Assembly: GCF_000150275.1 (NCBI RefSeq)
Contig: NW_002060946.1
Location: 6,486,597 to 6,550,596, forward strand
Reading direction: 5' to 3'
Source: Trichoplax adhaerens
Taxonomy: Eukaryota; Animalia; Placozoa
Length of the DNA stretch: 64,000 nucleotides
The notes under the pieces are model-generated. The model searched no databases, was not told the DNA's origin, and saw only the letters and a list, made by a program, of their open reading frames with translations. Both the position numbers and the translations under genes were made by a program. Shown in pieces: positions 52,609 to 64,000 of this stretch (position 1 is the first letter of the stretch; the number at the start of each line of letters is the position of its first letter).

Positions 52609-53183
52609 ATTGATAAGATATTCCATTATAAATGATTTTATTGTAAATTATTTCTCATTAATAGTATCATATACTGTAAGTGAATCAAAATGTAACATAA
52701 AATGACTGTATTATATTAAATTATTCATCCAATCTTGTTGGTATTTTTAAAGTTTTATCTTTTCCAAATAATAAAATACGAAAATTTTTCATTGCCATGG
52801 CTCTTTGTTGATGACATAACGATATAATATTTTTTAATCGTATGTAGCGGAACTTCATAGAAGAATAGTTTAGAATGCTCTGGATTCGAAATTCCGATTA
52901 TAAAATTTAAAATTTAGCTATTTTAAGGCCAGTGAGTGTAATTAAAAACGCATATAGACTTTAAGTAAAAGTAGCTATTTAATGTACAGAATTATCTAAC
53001 AATATTTGAATCGTATATTTCATATCTACATTTCAAGTTATAAGATTTATTACAACTACAAGTAGACAGCAATTATTTGTATCACTAGCATTCCATAAAG
53101 AATTAAATAGGACATGGTAATCCTCTAACATATTACTGAGCTAAACGACAATTAATGCCAGCGAAGGTCCTGCTACCCTACAA

Positions 53184-53231
53184 GTTCCTACGGAAACGAA
53201 GGTGGGGCTTACGTTACCAAGGTAACGTAAG
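53184..53231. promoter_or_regulatory. Tandem RFX X-boxes upstream of PIH1D2
   Basis: GTTCCTACGGAAAC (53184-53197) and GTTACCAAGGTAAC (53213-53226). The second lies within the 11-bp inverted repeat cttacgttacc-aa-ggtaacgtaag. Confidence 0.7.
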
Positions 53232-53354
53232 TTTCATCGTTTTGCTTCCTATTACTTCTGCTGTCTCCCCAATTAAGTACAAATTATGTGAACAGTCTCC
53301 GTGTACCTATAGAATACGAATCGTATTGGAATATTTCTGTTAAAATAAGTTGTG

Positions 53355-55198
53355 ATGAATAAGGATAACTTAATGCAGCAAGCCCAACATGTTTGGACTA
53401 TGTTGGATGAGATGGCTGAAAATAACCCGGATGGTTATCGACGATTTATGGAGAAACAAATGAAGGATGCTAAGCAACATATAAAATCGCCAGAGCCTGC
53501 ATTTTCAATTAAAGTCAATGTAAGTATCTTTATTTGTGATGCAGCAGATGAGTAAATTGCCTATTTTAGTACTTAATCTCAATCTTAAGTTATGACTAAT
53601 TAAAGTTTCTCATAGCCGGTAAGACATTGTGATAGACAAACTGAAAGTCAATAGTATTTAAATGATCTATTTAAAGACAAATTTATAAACGCTTACCAGA
53701 TCTAGAAAGAAAATAATTGCAAATAATAGTAATTGCTTATTTAATATTTTGCTAGATCATTTAGTTTGGTACTTTATCGTCTTTGAAATAATAATTTTCA
53801 ATTTTTAACGTATTCGTAGCAAAGCCTGAAGGTTTCAATAGTTGTTATATGGTGTAACATTCAATGTAATTCCGAAAATTATTATATAACGAAGCTGCGC
53901 ATTTTATTAGAAACATCATGCAGTAGTAAAAGTAAAACGTGCATTAATACATATTAGTGAAATATCGGCAGTCAGATTATATGATTGCTAACAAGGCAGA
54001 TACAGTAAACAAATATACAATACTCAAGATCAATAGCACTTGTATAAAAAATCTCATAGCTTATTTAAATGTAAATTAATCTGATTCGTACTGGCTTACT
54101 CCAACGAGTTAATCTTCTGGCCTGCTCATATGTTCGTTAGTTGTGTATATTATTAAGAATATTGACGAGATAGTAAAATGCTACTAATACTTGTATGTCT
54201 TTACATTTTAGACACTTGATCGTCGCGTTTTATACATCAATATCTGTGGTTGGGTTAGAATTCCTGAGCCCCAAAGTGATTCCCATCCAGTACCAATTAA
54301 AGCTGGAATAGTCCATAAATTTGAAACGAAAAAGCAACAGTTTCACTATATTGATGTCGCTGTTAACGATAATGTTATTAAGAATAGTTTGCGTGATAAA
54401 CAATTTAAAGAGGAGCTAATTTTACTAGCAATGAGTTATATTAACGATTCTACAGAATGGGATCTAATGCCTGATAAATATAGTATTTTACAAGAAAAAT
54501 ATTACGGTGATGAGACCAAGTTATTGACATCGTTGGATCAATCCATGCGTAACAGACAGAGCTCCAATCCGCAAAGCAAAGCAAAACCATCAAGTCAAGA
54601 TGATGATACACTTCGCAATCAGCTATTTTCGATTTCGCGAGAGAGCGATAACTACGATTCTACAAGTACAGATCCACTCCCAGAATTATCTAATTTGCTT
54701 GGTAAAATTAGTACTGGTAGTGAAAATAAACCAACTAGCAAAAATCTTATTGAAGAGATATCTTCGACTGTTATACAAAATCCAAATCAAGTAGATACAT
54801 ACTGTACGCCCCAACATCAGATCCAAGTGTTTGGTCATGATCCGCCAATGATGATAATAACAATCAATTTACCCCAAACTGAATCGGTTCAAGAATGCGA
54901 ATTAGACATTTCACAGGTATGTCATATAAAAGGTATCTAATACACTTTTGGCTATTTAGATTGTTTGTTCAAATGGGTATTTGTGTCAGTTATTTTTGAT
55001 ACTTATTCCATATCATGCTAATAATAACATGTTTATAATTTGCTATCTTGTGCTTTTTAGGTGGATTTAAACTTAATTGTACCGAGTAAATATAAATTAC
55101 TGCTGAAATTTCCGCAGAAAGTGCAGGATGATTTAGCAAAGGCAACTTTTAATAAGAAAAAAGGCGATTTAAAGATTAAGATTCCAATTGCAAGCTGA
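53355..55198 (+). CDS. PIH1D2: PIH1 domain-containing protein 2; exons 53355-53519, 54212-54916, 55061-55198
   Basis: QAQHVWTMLDEMAENNPDGYRRFMEKQMK..SPEPAF, LYINICGWVRIPEP..HPVPI, and a C-terminal CS-like domain ITINLPQTESVQECELDIS..AKATFNKKKGDLKIKIP; both introns are phase 0. Confidence 0.9.
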
Positions 55199-57515
55199 AA
55201 TGACCAAAATGATATACGATACGAGCATCATCAACCTGAATTGTATCCCGTTCAAAGAGAAATTTACTGTATAATATTAGCAGATTTCGCTTAATATTGA
55301 GGACAATATTTACGCGTAAATATTAATTACCTGTGATTGATAACTTGAGAATGCTCTCTACATAGATTGACAAGTATTAGGATAATCAGATTATAAATAT
55401 TCTGATAGTATTTCTTCACTTGAGCGGAGTGTATATTGACATATGACATATACAAAATGTGATCGTATACCGCATCACTCTTACATAAAAATCGCATCAC
55501 TTTGTTCTTCGTGAAGCAATGTCTTAATGGATTTCACAATCTATAGCGGATTCAACTTTAATATGCTGCAAAAAATTATAAAATAAAATCTTGAGAAACT
55601 CCAAAATTGATTTAATTATGTTAAACATGCACAGTAATTCTATTTTAAAATCACATGGTAAGAAATGTTAACCACCATCAATTGAAGTTGTTTCTAACTC
55701 TCATGACGCATTTAAAAGCAAATCGACTGTAGTGATACTCAAATCGAGCCAGATACTCGTGTATTCCTTATCCGATCATTCTTATTGTAAATGTTAAATC
55801 CCCTTGATTATGAATGAAAGTGATAATTAGCTACATACAAGTAGTAATGGAATGACAAATTCTTACCGAGTACACGAACAGTTATACAGTATTAGTATTT
55901 TATGGCATTATGCTATTCAGTTTAGCTTGAAAGTAATTTAGACTGAAATCTAATGGACATTATGCTTTAGGATTTAAGTATTCTTATAATATAACCAATT
56001 AAAATTTAAGACTCTCCTTAACAGCAGTTGCTTAATCGCATTCCATATCAATATCAAGCCCCAATTTATATACTCTATGTAATAGTGCACCTTACTTACC
56101 TTTTTGATACTTATTGAGGAGTTTTTTTTTCAACGTTTCATGCATGAGCACATCCTTTCTAATAACACAATTCAACGTCCGTAACATGAAGATTTCCCTC
56201 AAAACTGCCGTTGGATAGTGTATAATGTGTATAATGATAATGTATAACCACAAAACCCTTTTCAATTTTAGAGAATAAACGATACAATCGTAGTGCACGC
56301 CTTTATTTATCTAATATATATATGCATACAACGATATGGATATATAAGTTAATATGATAATAAAGTCTGAAAATTAAGGTTTTCATGAAGACGTAATCTA
56401 GAGAGTGAGTAGAATTATATTTTGTCATCATCGGTAAATATAATAACTGTAGTGCTAATTTTCTTAGAATAGTTGATATCAATACTTTGATGGATAAATC
56501 CATGATCTTGAACAGTGAAATTTAAAAATCCACGATTACCTTACAGTAGGCTATGAGAGAATGTGTATTACAACGAATAAGCTGTTAATGTACTAGGATT
56601 TCACACACTGTCTATTCACTCATAACATTTGATAAAGAATATCTCTATGAGCGACCAGCTGTAATAAAATTATGCTCAATTAATCAGAGTAGTATTAGCA
56701 ATGATAAATGTATAATGAAAGGTAATAGTGGCAAAGTATCTAGTCAATTTACATGTTATCATCTTGCTTCATCACGAATCATTTCTTTCTCGAGCAGCAT
56801 GCGAAGAAAGCTAATCGCTAATCATTACAAGGTAATATTACATTTATTAGTTAATTTTCAACATTACGTTGAATAATTTTTTGATAGTAAGATTATGACA
56901 TGCAGTGTATCCAAAGATAAACTCTATAGTTTCTTGCAATAGATGACGTTTATCCAAAGTTAAAAATTGATCACGTCTATCACTATAACATCAGTGTATT
57001 ATATCCTACTTTGTACATAATATTGGATGAGATCGTATGTATCAATTAACGAATGCAATTTTGAGTAATAATTTCAATGTCATACTATGTCATTCTTATA
57101 TACTGTAGGTTAATCAGCAGTACTTCACTTCAACTAGTCTAAAGTATGGATTATGATAATTTGATAAAAGCAAATGCTAAATGTGATATAAGTATCCAAG
57201 CAGTTATCGTATTTACGTATATTATCGCTTCGAGAAATTAGACTGAATTTAATAGAATACATGAATTTCACGTATTTTACTATCTAGTCAAGCTTGTAGC
57301 ATGATAAGATTTTGATTACATGATTGAAATGAATTCATTCACTGTTAAGAAGAATCATGAAAGTCTATCTACTACCTATGGTGATTAATAAGTCTTGTCA
57401 AATGATCCAGTACAAAACGTCATTCAACAGTCCAATTTTTCAATTAAAATAACTCGTATTTTCATGGTTAGAAGGTAAGGATGCCATCAAGGTATAGATT
57501 ACGTTGAGAAATGGA

Positions 57516-58088
57516 TTAATCTGGTAGAAAGCATTGTCGAACTCGATCGTAGACGGCATCAACATTATCGGAGCTGGTGACCGTTCGTACTAAGCCTTGT
57601 TTCTCATAGTGTTGAATGATTGGTACGGTATCATTTTTATAACCATTTAAACGCTTTCGTAATGTTTCATCATTGTCATCTTTTCGACCACTTGTCTGGC
57701 TGCGTTTTTTCACTCTTTCAATACAAATATCAAAGGGACAATCCATAAAGAGGACAAACTTGACATTGGCTTTGCCTTCCATGTGACTATTCCAACCATT
57801 TAAATTGTCGTGATTACGTGGAAAACCATCGACTAGAAATTTCTGAACAGGACTAGCAATCATCGCCTTCTCGATCAATCGTACCGTAATGGCAACAGGT
57901 ACAATCTCGCCATTTTTAATATAACGATCAATGAGATCACCATCTGCTGATCCTGAGTTCCTTTCGGCTCTTAACAAATCGCCAGCAGATAAATGGACGT
58001 AACCAAATTCTTGGACAATTTTGCTACATTGAGTCCCTTTACCAGCACCCGGCCCACCTAAAACAAATACAACACTAGGTTTTGCCAT
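57516..58088 (-). CDS. CMPK1: UMP-CMP kinase, intronless (190 aa from ATG 58088)
   Basis: VVFVLGGPGAGKGTQC P-loop, HLSAGDLLRAER, KFLVDGFPRN and SGRKDDN. Confidence 0.95.
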   Translation of the reverse strand: MAKPSVVFVLGGPGAGKGTQCSKIVQEFGYVHLSAGDLLRAERNSGSADGDLIDRYIKNGEIVPVAITVRLIEKAMIASPVQKFLVDGFPRNHDNLNGWNSHMEGKANVKFVLFMDCPFDICIERVKKRSQTSGRKDDNDETLRKRLNGYKNDTVPIIQHYEKQGLVRTVTSSDNVDAVYDRVRQCFLPD

Positions 58089-58280
58089 CAACGTTGTTGC
58101 TAGTAAGCGAATAGAATGACGAATTAAAGCCACGACCGATATTGATTGATTGAATGGCTCCTTCTCAAAATAATGTCAGCTACAATCATCCAGCAGTTGC
58201 CGTTCGATTTCAAATTTAAAGGGCACCTTTTCAATTGAGCGATGACGACAACGTTCTAAGTAACGGATACGCCATCCAAT

Positions 58281-59120
58281 GTGATGCCAATGGAATGGAT
58301 TCGGACGGAGTGGATTTTCCAGCTGTGCACTGTACACTGTACACTGTACACAGCTGGACGGTTCCTGCAATACTGTACTGTACTGTACACTGTACTGTAC
58401 AGTACAGTGTGATGCCAATGGAATGGATTCGGACGGAGTACTGTAGATTTTCCAGCTGTGCACTGTACACTGTACACTGTACCGTACACAACTGGACCGT
58501 TACTGCAGTACTGTGTACTGTACAGTGTACAGTACACTACAAATCCAACCGTACTACAGTACAGTACAGTACAGTACAGTACAGTACAGTAACAGTACGC
58601 ATTGTACGTACAGTACTTTGAGTTGCAAATTTTGACCCACTACCAGTTGTATTGTACTGTACAGTACAGTACTGTAAATGAGTGCACAGTACATACTGTA
58701 CACTGTACCGCATATCGGATGTCGTCGTAACAGCTGTTCAAGTATGGAAACAACGTGGCATCAGTACAGCACAATGGACTGAGTCATAGTACGCATACTC
58801 ACTCACTCGCTATCATGGAAACCTTTCTTCAGTAAGTGTACAGTACACTGAGTCACTGAGTACAGTACGTACAGTATCTGAGTTATCAGGGTTATTATAC
58901 TGTACTGTACTGTACTGTACCGTACTGTACTGTACAGTACAGTAGCTTAAATAGCAAAGCCTACTGTACTGTACTGTACTGTACACTACAGTATACTGTA
59001 TACAGTACAGTACAGTGCACAGACGCGTCACGACACAGTGTACAGTACTGTACTGTACAGTACTGTAGTCTTCAATCCTGTTATCCTTTTCCTGATACTG
59101 TACAATGTACAGTACTGTAC
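58281..59120. promoter_or_regulatory. CMPK1 upstream region: ~130-bp duplication plus GTAC-core arrays including (TACAG)n and (TACTG)n runs
   Basis: gtgatgccaatggaatggattcggacggag at 58281 and 58409; (tacag)7 at ~58555-58590; (tactg)n at ~58898-58935. Confidence 0.7.
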
Positions 59121-59472
59121 ATTTGAAAACTGGTATTGCTATCAATGAGTAAAGTCCGACTCACAGCGATTTAATTGTTATAGGGTAAGTATGATAGCTG
59201 CTCATTAAAATGGAGCTGCAAATTGAGCGCTAGTAGATATACAGTAGATTGCAATTTTCAACTGTGGTAGTTTGTAGTGAGTCAGGATGTTTGCATGAAA
59301 TCCCATATGCATGCAACACCAACTGATTCGTGTCTTTAGAAGACCGAAAAATTGATTGAACACTGTTAAATGCTATAAATGAGTAAGTCCGACTAACAAC
59401 GATTTATTTATAAAAGTATGCAGATGATTTATCTTTCAATAAAAGCACCTAATCTGCCCGAGGTAACACAAT

Positions 59473-60854
<1,382 letters not shown>

Positions 60855-60998
60855 TTACGACGCTGCAAGATCTTCTTGTGAAAGCGATTGATACTAATTT
60901 ACCGAGTTCTATTATACGTGAACAGTGTAGCTGCCATTTAACATGCCCAAAGGAAGATAGTAAAGTAGGGTATGATGTAACTATAACAAAAGTTGATT

Positions 60999-61013
60999 CA
61001 TTTATGACTCAGC
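60999..61013. promoter_or_regulatory. ARE/AP-1-like element upstream of the GST pseudogene
   Basis: catttatgactcagc(g), 187 bp upstream of the ATG; AREs are classic GST promoter elements. Confidence 0.6.
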
Positions 61014-61619
61014 GTAACCACTAGAAATGTAATTCAGGAATGATACTCACCGTAAATAGAGTACATAGCGTACAGGTTAAAACCCCTCTTTTTCACTTTT
61101 AATCAATCATAATTAATTCAAAATATTCGATCTACACTCAGTAGAGTATAGCTAGAGCTGAGTTAAGCCCCCTAGAACAAACTTGTACAATCGAACTCTA
61201 AGAAAACTAGACCGGACAGTGCATGCAATTTTAATGGGTAAAAATGGATGTGCAACAGCATTTATATGCAAAGTCCAGTTTCCACTATAAAATATGTGTA
61301 CCTCGATGCTTTCCAACTAATTAGGGTAACTATAATACCAATATTGTACCAATCTTTAAACTTTAGACTTTAACTTGCATACTCAATCGTACAAAGCATA
61401 GTAACCCCAGATAGCAATACCACTATATATAGAGCTTTTTCAACAACTTTATTGAAAGCAAGTATGAGAGCTTATCCAATCATAAGGGTTATACTAAATG
61501 AACGCTAGGAGTAGCACAGAGTTCGACCAAAAATGACTTTACTAAGTGGCAACAATAGAGCATATCCGTACTTTAGATTTAATCTACAGGGAAAACTCTA
61601 TTCCTATACGGGAAAAAAT

Positions 61620-64000
<2,381 letters not shown>

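Noticed and set aside
55450-56830. Possible small minus-strand gene between PIH1D2 and CMPK1
   Set aside because: Scattered splice-like sites and short frames (e.g. AISFLRMLLEKEMIRDEAR*) do not join into a supported model.

Overview
Eukaryotic, AT-rich, intron-dense animal DNA. The compact gene structure with short GT-AG introns suggests an early-branching metazoan such as the placozoan Trichoplax (inference, not proven). Genes, left to right: VPS72/YL1 (+); an unknown S/P-rich protein with a C-terminal NHxLH...W..VW membrane motif (+); proteasome subunit PSMB4 (-); an intronless bacterial-type alkyl sulfatase of the SdsA1/YjcS/BDS1 family (-, candidate horizontal transfer); a ~34-exon FAM186-like coiled-coil gene (-) head-to-head with TMEM232 (+); PIH1D2 (+); an intronless UMP-CMP kinase (-); and two tandem sigma-class GSTs (-), one a pseudogene and one cut by the window edge. 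The non-coding DNA shows three apparent promoter types. Dense GTAC-core (TACAG/ACTGTAC) arrays lie upstream of the housekeeping genes. RFX X-boxes lie upstream of the ciliary/sperm-type genes. An identical 15-bp ARE-containing word (CATTTATGACTCAGC) lies upstream of both the alkyl sulfatase and a GST. Four unrelated local duplications share a 186-187 bp offset, close to a typical nucleosome repeat length, and two pre-miRNA-sized hairpins are present. All calls were made by eye, without database searches.
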